This document shows positions 1 through 9,138 of a stretch of DNA of 64,000 nucleotides, piece by piece. The notes beneath the pieces are model-generated. The model did not search any database. It saw only the letters and a program-made list of their open reading frames with translations, and was not told the origin of the DNA. This DNA is from an uncultured delta proteobacterium (GTDB lineage Bacteria > Myxococcota_A > Polyangia > Palsa-1104). Each line of letters opens with the position of its first letter. Within the stretch, counting starts at the first letter, position 1. A program made the position numbers and the translations under genes. The stretch is from contig CAWAWS010000029.1 of assembly GCA_963785725.1 (NCBI GenBank), positions 64,001-128,000 on the forward strand, written 5' to 3'.

Positions 1-770
1 TCCGACGGCACTTCGCGCATGAGCGGCTGCAGCTGGCGCGCTTCGATGCGGCCCAAATCCTCGAAGGTGAACATGGCCTCGCGAATCCGCGGCGCCAGCT
101 TGGCGTTGGCCTCGCCGAGCGCGCCGAGCAGACGTTCGGAGTCGGTCGGGCCGAGCTCGTTGAGCAGCTCGGCGGCGAAGGCGATGCCGTCGAAGTCGCG
201 GCTGTCGCTCTCTTCCGACAGCGCGCCGGCCGCGGACAGCGCCTTGGCCAGCGCTTCCGACGCCAGCTCGACCATGTGCGGCGGCACCGTCTCCAACGAC
301 GCGATACGACCCAACAGATCGGCCTGCTGCTCTTTGGTCATGACGAGCAGAATCTCGGCCGCCTGCGCGCGCGGCAGCTGCGACAAGATCACGGCCGCGA
401 CCTGCGGATGCTCTTCACCGAGCAGCTCGGCGACGGTCGCGGTGCGCGCGTTCTTGATGAGCTCGAGCGGCGCCGACGGCGGCTGCGTGGGCGAGAACAG
501 CTCCTGCGCGCGATCGGTGCCGATGCTCATCGCCGTCAATTGGCGCACGTAATCGCCCGCCGCCGCCGGCAACATTGGCGCTGACATCGCGCGCTCGAAG
601 TCCTCGAACACCGGCTCCAGCGCTTCGGCCTTGATGCCGCGCAGCGAATCGGCGGCCTCGGCAAGCAGCCGAACATCCTTCTCTTCCAGCTTGGACAGGA
701 TCGCGCGGGCCACGTCTTCATCGAGTCCGAGCAGCACCAGCGCAGCGCGTTGACGAGCGTCGAGGGTCAT
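1..770 (-). CDS. fliG: Flagellar motor switch protein FliG (runs off window edge; absent from ORF track)
   Basis: Manual translation MTLDARQRAALVLLGLDEDVARAILSKL...EEHPQVAAVILSQL...AMFTFEDLGRI has the EHPQ and MFxF motifs; follows fliF. Confidence 0.93.
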   Translation of the reverse strand, partial: MTLDARQRAALVLLGLDEDVARAILSKLEEKDVRLLAEAADSLRGIKAEALEPVFEDFERAMSAPMLPAAAGDYVRQLTAMSIGTDRAQELFSPTQPPSAPLELIKNARTATVAELLGEEHPQVAAVILSQLPRAQAAEILLVMTKEQQADLLGRIASLETVPPHMVELASEALAKALSAAGALSEESDSRDFDGIAFAAELLNELGPTDSERLLGALGEANAKLAPRIREAMFTFEDLGRIEARQLQPLMREVPS

Positions 771-778
771 CGACGCGT

Positions 779-2344
779 TCACGATGCAGAATCCTTGCCA
801 GCCGGCTGACCCTCATTCATCCACGAAGAGAGGACGCGCGCGGCCCGCGTCGTGTCGCCGCGAGCGGCCTGCAGCGCGCGGTCGCGCGACGACGCAGAGG
901 CCGGTAATTCCGCGGCCGGCGAGGGCGCGCGGGCCAACGTCGCTTCCAGCCGCTCGACCGGCGCCGGCAAGGCGCGAACGATCTCGGGCGCGATGGGCCG
1001 CTTGCGCCGCGCCAACATGAACGCCACTAAAATGACGAACACGCCCGCGCCCGCCGCCGCGTACGGCGCCCACTTCGGCAGCTTCAAGGCCGGCTTCTCG
1101 TCCGCGCCCGTGTCGACGACGATGGGCGCGAACGGCGCCTGCGCCACTTCAATCTTGTCCCCGCGCTCGTCGTCGAGGCCGGCCGCCGTGCGCGCCAACG
1201 TCCCGATACGCGTCAATTCTTCGGTGGTGCGCGGTTTGTGTCCGCCTTTGGCGTCGCTCGCTTCATCGACGAGCACGGCCACGTGGATGCGCTTGACCCG
1301 CGACTTCGGCTGCACGACGCGGCTGACCACATGGTTGACTTCGTAGTTGCGTGTCTCCTGCAGACGCAGACGGCCGGCGTCGCTCGACGGCGTCGTCGTG
1401 CCCGCGGGCGAGCCCGGCAGGTTGCCGTGCGCGCCCGACACGCCGCCGGCGTTGCCATCGGCCGCGCCCGTGCGCTCTTCGGTCTTCGACTCCGAGCGCA
1501 GCGCGATCTTGTCTTTGTCGTAGGTGTCTTCGGTGCGCTCGGCGCGCGACTCGTCAATCTCGGCCGTCACTTCCACCTGCGCGTGACCGACGCCGACGAC
1601 GCGCTCGACGATCTCGCGCACCCGCTTCGACAGCGTGCGCTCCAAATCGGCCGAGGCTTCGATGCCCGTGCCCGAGTCGTCGCCCGACCACAAAGGCGTA
1701 CCTTGCTCGTCGACGACCGTGACGCGCTCCGGCTTCAACCCGGGAATGCTCGCCGCCACCAAGTGCACGACGCCGCGCACCTGCGGCGACGACAGCTTGT
1801 GGCCCGGCTTGAGCGTCAACACCACCGACGCCGTGGGCGCGTCGTCGTCCTCTTTGTACAGCGAGCGCTCGGGCGCCGCGATGTGCACGCGCGCCCGCTC
1901 GACCGCATCCAACGACATGATCGTGCGCGCCAATTCACCCTGCAGCGCGCGCCGATAGTTCATCTGCTCGACGAAGCTGGTGGTGCCGAACGACTGCTTG
2001 TCGAAGAGCTCGAAGCCGACGCCGCCGCCGCGCGGCAAGCCGGCGCCCGCCATGCTCAAGCGCAGCTCGTGAACGCGCGCAGCCGGCACTTCAATCGTGT
2101 CGGCGCCGGTGATGCGATAAGGGGTGTTGTCGGCCTTGAGCTGCTCGACGACTTTGGCCGCGTCCTCGGTCTGCAAGCCGCTGAAGAGCACGGCCCAATT
2201 CTCGGTCGGGCCTTTGAGCCCCAAAAACGCCGTGCCCACGACGCTGCCGAGGACGACGAGGATGACGAGCATCCGGCTCGTCGTCGGCATTTTGGCCCAC
2301 ACGGCCTTGGCCTGGTCGATGATCTTCTTCAGCTCGCCGTTCAT
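779..2344 (-). CDS. fliF: Flagellar MS-ring protein FliF
   Basis: N-terminal TM, GVGFELFDK, ALQGELARTI, ARVHIA, AGLDDERGDKIEV, C-terminal TM. Confidence 0.96.
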   Translation of the reverse strand: MNGELKKIIDQAKAVWAKMPTTSRMLVILVVLGSVVGTAFLGLKGPTENWAVLFSGLQTEDAAKVVEQLKADNTPYRITGADTIEVPAARVHELRLSMAGAGLPRGGGVGFELFDKQSFGTTSFVEQMNYRRALQGELARTIMSLDAVERARVHIAAPERSLYKEDDDAPTASVVLTLKPGHKLSSPQVRGVVHLVAASIPGLKPERVTVVDEQGTPLWSGDDSGTGIEASADLERTLSKRVREIVERVVGVGHAQVEVTAEIDESRAERTEDTYDKDKIALRSESKTEERTGAADGNAGGVSGAHGNLPGSPAGTTTPSSDAGRLRLQETRNYEVNHVVSRVVQPKSRVKRIHVAVLVDEASDAKGGHKPRTTEELTRIGTLARTAAGLDDERGDKIEVAQAPFAPIVVDTGADEKPALKLPKWAPYAAAGAGVFVILVAFMLARRKRPIAPEIVRALPAPVERLEATLARAPSPAAELPASASSRDRALQAARGDTTRAARVLSSWMNEGQPAGKDSAS

Positions 2345-2359
2345 GATGTATGTCGTCCT

Positions 2360-2680
2360 TTAGAGCGGCGTGTTCATGAGGTCTTTGTAGGCCTCGAGCG
2401 CTTTGTTCTTCAACGTCACGGCGTAACGCAGCGCGATCGTCGACTTCTCGCTCGCGATCATGACTTCGTGGATGCCGACGCTGGGGTCGCCGTCGGCGAA
2501 CTTGGTGGCCATCTCGTCCGACTGCTTGTCGAGCGTGTTGGCGCTCTTGAAGGCGTCGCCGAGCGCGTCCGAGAAGCTGACGCCGTTCGACGACTTGTCG
2601 TCGTGATCGGCGGCCGGCGTCATCCGCTCGATGCCGGACGTATCGATCGGTGTGTCGCGGAGCTGGATGGGCAACGACAT
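2360..2680 (-). CDS. fliE: Hook-basal body protein FliE
   Basis: HEVMIASEKS...LKNKALEAYKDLMNTPL; lies between flgC and fliF. Confidence 0.93.
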   Translation of the reverse strand: MSLPIQLRDTPIDTSGIERMTPAADHDDKSSNGVSFSDALGDAFKSANTLDKQSDEMATKFADGDPSVGIHEVMIASEKSTIALRYAVTLKNKALEAYKDLMNTPL

Positions 2681-2682
2681 GG

Positions 2683-3120
2683 TTATTTCCCGATCCCGAT
2701 GGCTTTTTCGGCCAGCTGCGTCGCCGAGTCGAGCGCCGTGACGCCCGCTTGATAGGCGCGCGACGCCGTGATCATGTCGACCATCTCCTCGACGGGATTG
2801 ACGTTCGGATAGGCGACGTAACCATCGGCATTCGCGTCGGGATGGCCGGGGTCGTACTCCATGCGCGGCGGCGAGGCGTCGGCTTTGATGCCGGCCACTT
2901 GCACGCCGGTCACGGCGCCCGCGGCGTCGCCCGCTTGCGCGCCCGAGATGTTCTGCGACGCGGCCTGCGCGCGCAGCACGACGTCTTGGCGCGCGTAGGG
3001 CTTGCCGTCCGGCCCTTTGGTGGTCTGCGCGTTGGCGAGGTTCGACGAAGCGACGTTCAGACGCGTCCGCTCGGCGTTCAAGCCGGTCGCGCTGACTTCC
3101 ATGGCGGTAAAGAAATCCAT
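2683..3120 (-). CDS. flgC: Basal-body rod protein FlgC
   Basis: SATGLNAERTRLNVASSNLANA...YDPGHPDANADGYVAYPNVNPVEEMVDMITASRAYQA. Confidence 0.97.
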   Translation of the reverse strand: MDFFTAMEVSATGLNAERTRLNVASSNLANAQTTKGPDGKPYARQDVVLRAQAASQNISGAQAGDAAGAVTGVQVAGIKADASPPRMEYDPGHPDANADGYVAYPNVNPVEEMVDMITASRAYQAGVTALDSATQLAEKAIGIGK

Positions 3121-3131
3121 GAGTCGTCTCC

Positions 3132-3524
3132 TTACGTGCCGTCGCCGGCGGCGTATTTGAGGTCGGACAACGTGCGCGACACGAGCTCGGAGTTGGCCGA
3201 GTAGCGGACGCGGTTGGCCGCGACCTTGGCCATTTCGCGCTCGAGGTTGACTTGGTTGCCGTCGGCGCTCGGGTTGGCGGTGTCGCCGTCCGAGAACTTC
3301 AGCTCGCCGGCCAGGCCGCCGTCCGTCGCCGGATCGATGTGGGCCGCGTTCGTCTTCGCCAGCGTCTCGGCGAACGACATCGGCTGCGCGCGCCGCTCGA
3401 GATCGGCCGGCTTGTAGCCCGGCGTGTCGAGGTTGGCGAGGTTGCCGGCCAACACCGCGTGGCGATCACGATGGAAGTCGAGAGCGGCTTCCATGTGCGT
3501 CAGCGAATCGAACATGGTCTTCAT
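3132..3524 (-). CDS. flgB: Basal-body rod protein FlgB
   Basis: RHAVLAGNLANLDTPGYKPADL...DGNQVNLEREM; start chosen at MKTMF. Confidence 0.95.
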   Translation of the reverse strand: MKTMFDSLTHMEAALDFHRDRHAVLAGNLANLDTPGYKPADLERRAQPMSFAETLAKTNAAHIDPATDGGLAGELKFSDGDTANPSADGNQVNLEREMAKVAANRVRYSANSELVSRTLSDLKYAAGDGT

Positions 3525-3538
3525 CGGAAAGTGGCTAG

Positions 3539-3554
3539 AGCAACTAACGAGCCA
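3539..3554 (-). promoter_or_regulatory. Sigma54 -24/-12 promoter of flgB operon
   Basis: TGGCTCGTTAGTTGCT (GG-N10-GC). Confidence 0.75.
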
Positions 3555-3613
3555 GCGCGAAGTCCGCGTCGTTTGCGGGTTTCGCGTCGCTGACACCGTC
3601 GCTGTCGGCGAGA

Positions 3614-3633
3614 TTGACGGCGCCAAACGTCAA
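3614..3633. promoter_or_regulatory. Inverted repeat, candidate activator (UAS) site
   Basis: TTGACG-N8-CGTCAA about 60-80 bp upstream of the sigma54 promoter. Confidence 0.45.
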
Positions 3634-3804
3634 GGCGAGCCCGTCAGAATCGAATGCGCAATCGCGAGGTCCGCGAAAGGCCGCGCCCGTTGGCGCGCTG
3701 CGAAGTCGAGGTCGGTTTGTCGGGTGAGCGTTAAGCAGGAAGCGGACCGCAGCGCGGTCGCGAACGAGACTGCCGAGCGAGGCGGAGCGGCGTGCGCGCT
3801 GTGT

Positions 3805-5256
3805 TTACGTCCCCAGCTTGCGCAGCTTCTCGACGAGCGTCGTGCGGTTGAGGCCGAGCAGCGCCGCGGCTTCCGTACGATTGCCTTCGGCGCGCGAGAT
3901 GGCCTGCTCGATGACCTGACGCTCGACCTCGTCGAGGCGCGCGCGCAGATTGAGCGAGTCGTTGCTCGTCGACGCGACCGCCGACAACAGCGCCGCCGAC
4001 TCCGACTGCGCCGGCGCGACCGACGTCAGCGGCGTCGCCATCGGGCGCGACGGCGAATCGTTGGACGCCGAGACGAGCAAGAGCTTGGCCGGCGCCGAGC
4101 GCTTGCGCGTCGAGCCGAGGCGCAGACAGGCCGCGGTGATCGGGCCGTCGGCCAGCGCCAGCGCGCGCTCGATCGCGTTCGCCAGCTCGCGCACGTTGCC
4201 GGGCCAGCTGTACGACAACAGCGCCTGCTCGGCGCTCGGGTGCACGACCGGCGTCGCGCCGCCGTGCGCACGACCGGCGCGCTCGAAGAACGTGCGCGCC
4301 AGCGGCAAGATGTCGCCCGGACGCTCACGCAGAGGCAAGAGCTCGACCGGCAGCACGCTCAAGCGGAAGTACAGGTCGGCGCGGAACTTCCCTTCGTCGA
4401 CGAGCCTCTCGAGGTCCTGGTTGGTCGCGGCCACGACGCGGATGTCGATCGGCGTCGACGTGTTGGAGCCGACCGGCGTCACGGCGCGCTCTTGCAGCAC
4501 GCGCAACAGCTTGGCCTGCGCCATCAGCGGCATGTCGCCGATTTCGTCGAGGAAGAGCGTGCCGCCATCGGCGGCGACGAGCTTGCCGTCGCGCGCCTTG
4601 TCGGCGCCGGTGAACGCGCCGCGGGCGAAGCCGAACAGCTCGGACTCGATGAGCGTCTCGGGGATGGCGGCGCAGTTGACGGCGATCATCGGGCGATCGC
4701 GGCGCGATGACGCCTGGTGCAGCGCGCGGGCGACGACTTCTTTGCCGGTGCCGCTCTCGCCGGTGATGAGGACGGTGGCGGGAGAATTGGCGACCTTGCG
4801 GATGAAGCGCAGGACTTCCATCGTGTGCGCGTCGTCGCCGACCATGTCGATGTCGGCGCGGCGGCGCCATTCGTCGGTGGCGTCGCCGATGGGACGATAA
4901 GCGCGGATGATGTCGCCGAGACGCACCGAGTCGAACGGCTTCTCGATGACCTCGGTGGCGCCGGCGCGCACGGCGGCGCTGATCGACTTGACGCGCGCTT
5001 CGGCGGTCACGCAGAACGCGGCGCGGGCGCGGCGCTCGGCCACGATCAGATGAATGAGCTCGGAGCCGTCGCCGTCGGGCAGGTTGAAGTCGACGAAGGC
5101 GACGTCGAACGTGCGGCGGGCGATGGCGGCGCGGCCGTCGGCGATCGAGGTCGCGGTGACGGCATCACAATTGTGACGCTGGAGCAGGCGTGACAGCGCG
5201 GCGGCCATCTCGAAGTCGTCGTCCACGATCAATGCAGTGCAACGCGGCTCGCTCAT
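3805..5256 (-). CDS. Sigma54-dependent response regulator (REC-AAA+-Fis HTH), probable flagellar regulator
   Basis: REC (LIVDDD, FVDFNLPDGDG), GESGTGKE, GAFTGA, WPGNVREL, NRTEAAALLGLNRTTLVEKL. Confidence 0.93.
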   Translation of the reverse strand: MSEPRCTALIVDDDFEMAAALSRLLQRHNCDAVTATSIADGRAAIARRTFDVAFVDFNLPDGDGSELIHLIVAERRARAAFCVTAEARVKSISAAVRAGATEVIEKPFDSVRLGDIIRAYRPIGDATDEWRRRADIDMVGDDAHTMEVLRFIRKVANSPATVLITGESGTGKEVVARALHQASSRRDRPMIAVNCAAIPETLIESELFGFARGAFTGADKARDGKLVAADGGTLFLDEIGDMPLMAQAKLLRVLQERAVTPVGSNTSTPIDIRVVAATNQDLERLVDEGKFRADLYFRLSVLPVELLPLRERPGDILPLARTFFERAGRAHGGATPVVHPSAEQALLSYSWPGNVRELANAIERALALADGPITAACLRLGSTRKRSAPAKLLLVSASNDSPSRPMATPLTSVAPAQSESAALLSAVASTSNDSLNLRARLDEVERQVIEQAISRAEGNRTEAAALLGLNRTTLVEKLRKLGT

Positions 5257-5270
5257 CGTGGATACCGATT

Positions 5271-5286
5271 AGCAAGCGACGATCCA
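5271..5286 (-). promoter_or_regulatory. Sigma54 promoter of the activator gene
   Basis: TGGATCGTCGCTTGCT. Confidence 0.65.
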
Positions 5287-5382
5287 CACACCGTTTGCTT
5301 GGGGACGTCGATGAGCGTCGCGCGCGACGCGGACTTACGGGGGCCGCGCGCGAGGCGGCCGTCACGGCAATGGCGCTGGCGC

Positions 5383-5398
5383 CGTCAAGCGGTTGACG
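5383..5398. promoter_or_regulatory. Palindrome resembling a FleQ-type box
   Basis: CGTCAA-GCGG-TTGACG about 100 bp upstream of the sigma54 promoter. Confidence 0.5.
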
Positions 5399-5402
5399 AT
5401 CG

Positions 5403-5657
5403 TCAATCGGTCGTCGCCGCGTCGTCGCCGGTGGTGCTGAGGTCGGAGGTCGTACTCAGGTCTACACCGCCATCGCTTCCGCCGTCGCCGACGTCGGTCT
5501 TGGTGCCGGCCAAGTCGGGCGGGACGACGCAGGTGCCGAGGTTGCTGCAGATGAGCGTGCCCTGGCAGTCGGTGCTGCGCGTGCACATCGATTCGTTGCA
5601 GCCGACGACGGCCAAGCCGAACAGCACGACCAAGGAGAGGATCCACTTACAACGCAT
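5403..5657 (-). CDS. Small Cys-rich lipoprotein with acidic DL[AS] tail
   Basis: Lipobox AVVGC; CTRSTDCQGTLICSNLGTC; overlaps the upstream gene. Confidence 0.7.
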   Translation of the reverse strand: MRCKWILSLVVLFGLAVVGCNESMCTRSTDCQGTLICSNLGTCVVPPDLAGTKTDVGDGGSDGGVDLSTTSDLSTTGDDAATTD

Positions 5658-6276
5658 CGAACGCGCCTCCGAGCATGAACGAGAGCTGCGCCGCGACTCG
5701 ACTCTGCGGCAAGTCGCCGCCCGCGAAATAGGCGGTCACTTCACCGTCGGCGCAGAGATGAAAGTTGCCCGCGACTTTGGGGCAGAAGCCGGCGTGACCG
5801 GCGATGCCGTAGATGTTGTACGGCCACAACATGGCGACGAAGGCGGTGCCGACGCGAAAGGCGCCGCGCGTCGGCCGCAAGCGCAGACCGACGAGCCCGC
5901 CGACGCCGGCGCGATTCCAGGCTTCGCCGCGAATGCCGCCGTAGACGCTGAGCCAGGGCTTGTAGCGAATGGCGTAGTCGAGCGTGAGCGTCATCGTCAC
6001 CGGCGCCGCGCGCACGACCGACGGACCGTGCGAGCCGCCGCCGATCGTGATGCCCACGCCCGCTTGGCCTTCGACGAGCAACAGGGGCGGACGCAGCTTC
6101 GGCGCTTCGGTGTTGATGCCGAGATCGGGCGCGATCGGACCTGACGACGGCGCCGACCCGGAGTTGATGCCGCGATCGGGCGCGATCGGACCCGACGACG
6201 ACGCCGTCTCGGCGGAGGCGGGCGCCGCGGGCAGCGCCGTCAAAAGCAGCGCCGGTATGGCCCAACGAAACTTCAT
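5647..6276 (-). CDS. Secreted protein, probable outer-membrane beta-barrel
   Basis: Signal peptide (PASA/ET), alternating Gly/aromatic strands, ends GGAFDAL. Confidence 0.6.
   Translation of the reverse strand: MKFRWAIPALLLTALPAAPASAETASSSGPIAPDRGINSGSAPSSGPIAPDLGINTEAPKLRPPLLLVEGQAGVGITIGGGSHGPSVVRAAPVTMTLTLDYAIRYKPWLSVYGGIRGEAWNRAGVGGLVGLRLRPTRGAFRVGTAFVAMLWPYNIYGIAGHAGFCPKVAGNFHLCADGEVTAYFAGGDLPQSRVAAQLSFMLGGAFDAL
6112..6212 (-). repeat. Two 51-bp coding tandem repeats (SSGPIAPDxGIN)
   Basis: gttgatgccg.gatcgggcgcgatcggacc.gacgacg at 6112 and 6163. Confidence 0.85.
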
Positions 6277-6288
6277 GGCGAGCCCTAG

Positions 6289-6304
6289 AGCAAGCGCCGT
6301 TCCA
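6289..6304 (-). promoter_or_regulatory. Sigma54 promoter
   Basis: TGGAACGGCGCTTGCT followed by CTAG, as at flgB. Confidence 0.7.
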
Positions 6305-6401
6305 GCGCTGAAACCCGCGCGGCGCGGCGATTTGCGAGCGTTGGCGACGAACGCGTCAGCCGCGACGTCGTCAGAATTGGCGCGCGCTCAACTCGTCGGC
6401 G

Positions 6402-8144
6402 ATGCGGTCGATGATCCCAACGATGAACCGAACTCGCCTAGAGCGGCAGCTGCTCGAAGCCGGCCTGAGCGTCGAACGCGCGCCCAGCAAAGCCGAGTGG
6501 GCCGCGTTTCTCGGCCTCGTCGACTTCACCTATCGCGACGCCGATCAGGAGCGCTTCACGCTCGACCGCGCCGTCGCCGAGTCGTACGAAGAGCTGGCCG
6601 CGCATCGCGATCAATTGAAGGCCGTGCTCGATTCGATGGGTGACGGCTTGTGCGTCGTCGACAAGGACGGACGGCTCGAGAGCTTGAACCACGCCGCCGA
6701 AGAGATCCTCGGCTGGACGCAAGAGCAAGTGTTCGGCGATCACGTCGCCGACGTCGCCACCGGCTATCGCGCGCACGGCATCGACGAGACGCCCGACGTC
6801 GTGCGGCTGCGCCAGTCGCTCTCGGAGGGCATCCGCGCCCGCGACGACGACGGTCGCTGGCTCGCGCGCGACGGCAGCTCGGTGCACGTCGCGTGGATGC
6901 TGACGCCGATGGTCGAAAACGGCGAACATTCGGGCTCGGTCTTGGTCTTTCGCGACATCGGCGCCTATCGCTCGACGGTCACCGAGCTGCAGCACTCCGA
7001 GGCGCGCTTTCGCACGGCGTTCGAGTCGACGGCCATCGGCATGCTGCGCCTCGGCGCCGTCGGCCACATCGTCGAGTGCAACCGCGCGCTGCAGCGCATC
7101 TTGGGCTTCAACCCGGCCGAGCGGATTCAGCGGCTGCCCGACATCGTGCATCCCGACGATCGCGAGCGCGTGCGCACCGTGCTCGGCGAGCTGTTCTCGG
7201 GCGCGCGCGATCATTCGCGCTCGGAGCAGCGCCTCGTGCGCGAAGACGGCACGACCGTGTGGTGCAGCTTGTCGATGGCGCCGGTGGTGTCGCCCGACGG
7301 CAAGCGCGTCGTCGCCATCGGCACGCTCGAAGATCTGACGGAGCTGAAGTCGCTGGAAGTGGAGCTGCGGCAAGCGCAGAAGCTGGAGGCGGTAGGGCTT
7401 CTGGCGAGCGGCATCGCGCACGAGATCAACACGCCGGTGCAGTTCGTCGGCGACAACGTGCAGTTCTTGGAGGGCGCGTTCGGCGATCTCTTGACGGCGG
7501 TGCAGGCGGCCAAGCTGCCGACGGACGAGAACCTCGACTTCCTGATCCAAGAGGTGCCGCGCGCGATCACCGAGACCCTCGAAGGCGTGCAGCGCGTCGG
7601 CAGCATCGTGCGCGCGCTCAAGAGCTTCGCGCTGCCGATGGGCAGCCAAGAGCAGGTGTCGACCGATCTGAATCAGGCGCTGGCGAACACGCTGACGGTG
7701 GCGCGCAACGAGTTCAAATACGTGGCCGACATCGAGACCGAGTTCGGCGAGCTGCCGCTCGTGCGCTGCCACCCCGGCAACGTCAACCAAGTGTTCCTCA
7801 ATCTCATCATCAACGCCGCGCATGCCATCGGCGACGTGCACAAAAAGACGGGCAAGCGCGGCGTCATTCGGCTGCGCACGAGCGTCATGGGCGATCGCGT
7901 CGCCATCGCCATCTCCGACGACGGCTCCGGCATCAAGCCCGAGATTCGCACCAAGATCTTCGATCCGTTCTTCACGACGAAGCCGGTCGGCAAAGGCACC
8001 GGTCACGGCTTGGCCATCGTGCGCTCGGTCGTCGACAAGCACGGCGGCGCCGTCCGTCTCGACAGCGAATTGGGACGTGGCACCACCTTCACGATCGAGC
8101 TGCCCATTCACGGCTTGAGCGACGAGCGGAGCGTGTCGGCATGA
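6402..8144 (+). CDS. PAS-PAS sensor histidine kinase (NtrB-like); start uncertain (6402-6423)
   Basis: AHEINTP H-box, NLIINA, DDGSGI, FDPFFTTK, GTGHGL; VHPDD PAS. Confidence 0.93.
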   Translation: MRSMIPTMNRTRLERQLLEAGLSVERAPSKAEWAAFLGLVDFTYRDADQERFTLDRAVAESYEELAAHRDQLKAVLDSMGDGLCVVDKDGRLESLNHAAEEILGWTQEQVFGDHVADVATGYRAHGIDETPDVVRLRQSLSEGIRARDDDGRWLARDGSSVHVAWMLTPMVENGEHSGSVLVFRDIGAYRSTVTELQHSEARFRTAFESTAIGMLRLGAVGHIVECNRALQRILGFNPAERIQRLPDIVHPDDRERVRTVLGELFSGARDHSRSEQRLVREDGTTVWCSLSMAPVVSPDGKRVVAIGTLEDLTELKSLEVELRQAQKLEAVGLLASGIAHEINTPVQFVGDNVQFLEGAFGDLLTAVQAAKLPTDENLDFLIQEVPRAITETLEGVQRVGSIVRALKSFALPMGSQEQVSTDLNQALANTLTVARNEFKYVADIETEFGELPLVRCHPGNVNQVFLNLIINAAHAIGDVHKKTGKRGVIRLRTSVMGDRVAIAISDDGSGIKPEIRTKIFDPFFTTKPVGKGTGHGLAIVRSVVDKHGGAVRLDSELGRGTTFTIELPIHGLSDERSVSA

Positions 8145-8163
8145 GCGAGCATCGAGCGAGCGA

Positions 8164-9138
8164 ATGAGCCATCTCTTGTTCGTCGACGACGATCGGCATG
8201 TGCTCGACGGGCTGATGCGCCTCTTGCGCCGTCGTCGTGGCTGGAAATTGGCGTTCGCCGCGAGCGGCGAGGCGGCGCTGCAGGTCTTGGCCGGGCAGCC
8301 GATCGACGTCGTCGTGACCGACATGCGCATGCCGGGCATGGACGGCGCCGAGCTGTTGAGCGAGGTCCAGCGCCTGCATCCGCATGTGGCGCGCGTGGTC
8401 TTGTCGGGCCACACCGAAGACGACGCGGCCATTCGCTCGTTGACGGTGGCGCATCAATTTCTGGCGAAGCCGTGTGACACGATGATGTTGACGGCGACGC
8501 TCGAGCGCATGACGGCCGTGACGACGACCGATCGCGCGCGGCGTGAGCGCGTCGCCGGCGTGCGCGTCTTGCCGACGCCGGCGGCGAGCCACGACGAGCT
8601 CATGTCGCTGCTGCACGCGGCGGCGAGCGCCGAGCCGATCGCGCGCGTCGTCGAGCGCGACGTGGCGCTGTCCGCGCGCCTCTTGCACGCGGTGTCGTCG
8701 CCGTTCTTCGGTCACTCCGGTCGCCATCCGAGCATCGGCGACGCCGTCATCAAATTGGGCACGACCTTGCTGCGCGAGCTCGCCCGCGTCGGCGCGCTCT
8801 GTCGCCGCGTCGACGGCAGCGAAGCCGCGCGGCTGGAACGCGCCAACGCCCGCGCCGTCAGCCTGGGCGCGGCCGCCGCCGAGCGCGTGCCCGAACGCCG
8901 CGCCGACGCCTACGCCGCCGGCCTCTTGCACGACATCGGACCGTGGGTCGGCGACGACGCCGACGCCGGTCGCGAGCTGTTGTCGCTGTGGGGCCTGCCC
9001 GAGCTCATCGTCGACGCCGAGGTGCCGGGCGCGTCCGCGAGCGACGTGGCCGTGCGCGCCGCCGTCGTCGCTGCTGCCGCCGCCGCGGCGCACGCCATCG
9101 AACCGACGCCGTCACGCGACGCGCGAGTGGCCTCATGA
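8164..9138 (+). CDS. Response regulator REC + HDOD
   Basis: LFVDDD, TDMRMPGMDG; VERDVALSARLL...SPFFG, AGLLHDIG, WGLP. Confidence 0.88.
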   Translation: MSHLLFVDDDRHVLDGLMRLLRRRRGWKLAFAASGEAALQVLAGQPIDVVVTDMRMPGMDGAELLSEVQRLHPHVARVVLSGHTEDDAAIRSLTVAHQFLAKPCDTMMLTATLERMTAVTTTDRARRERVAGVRVLPTPAASHDELMSLLHAAASAEPIARVVERDVALSARLLHAVSSPFFGHSGRHPSIGDAVIKLGTTLLRELARVGALCRRVDGSEAARLERANARAVSLGAAAAERVPERRADAYAAGLLHDIGPWVGDDADAGRELLSLWGLPELIVDAEVPGASASDVAVRAAVVAAAAAAAHAIEPTPSRDARVAS

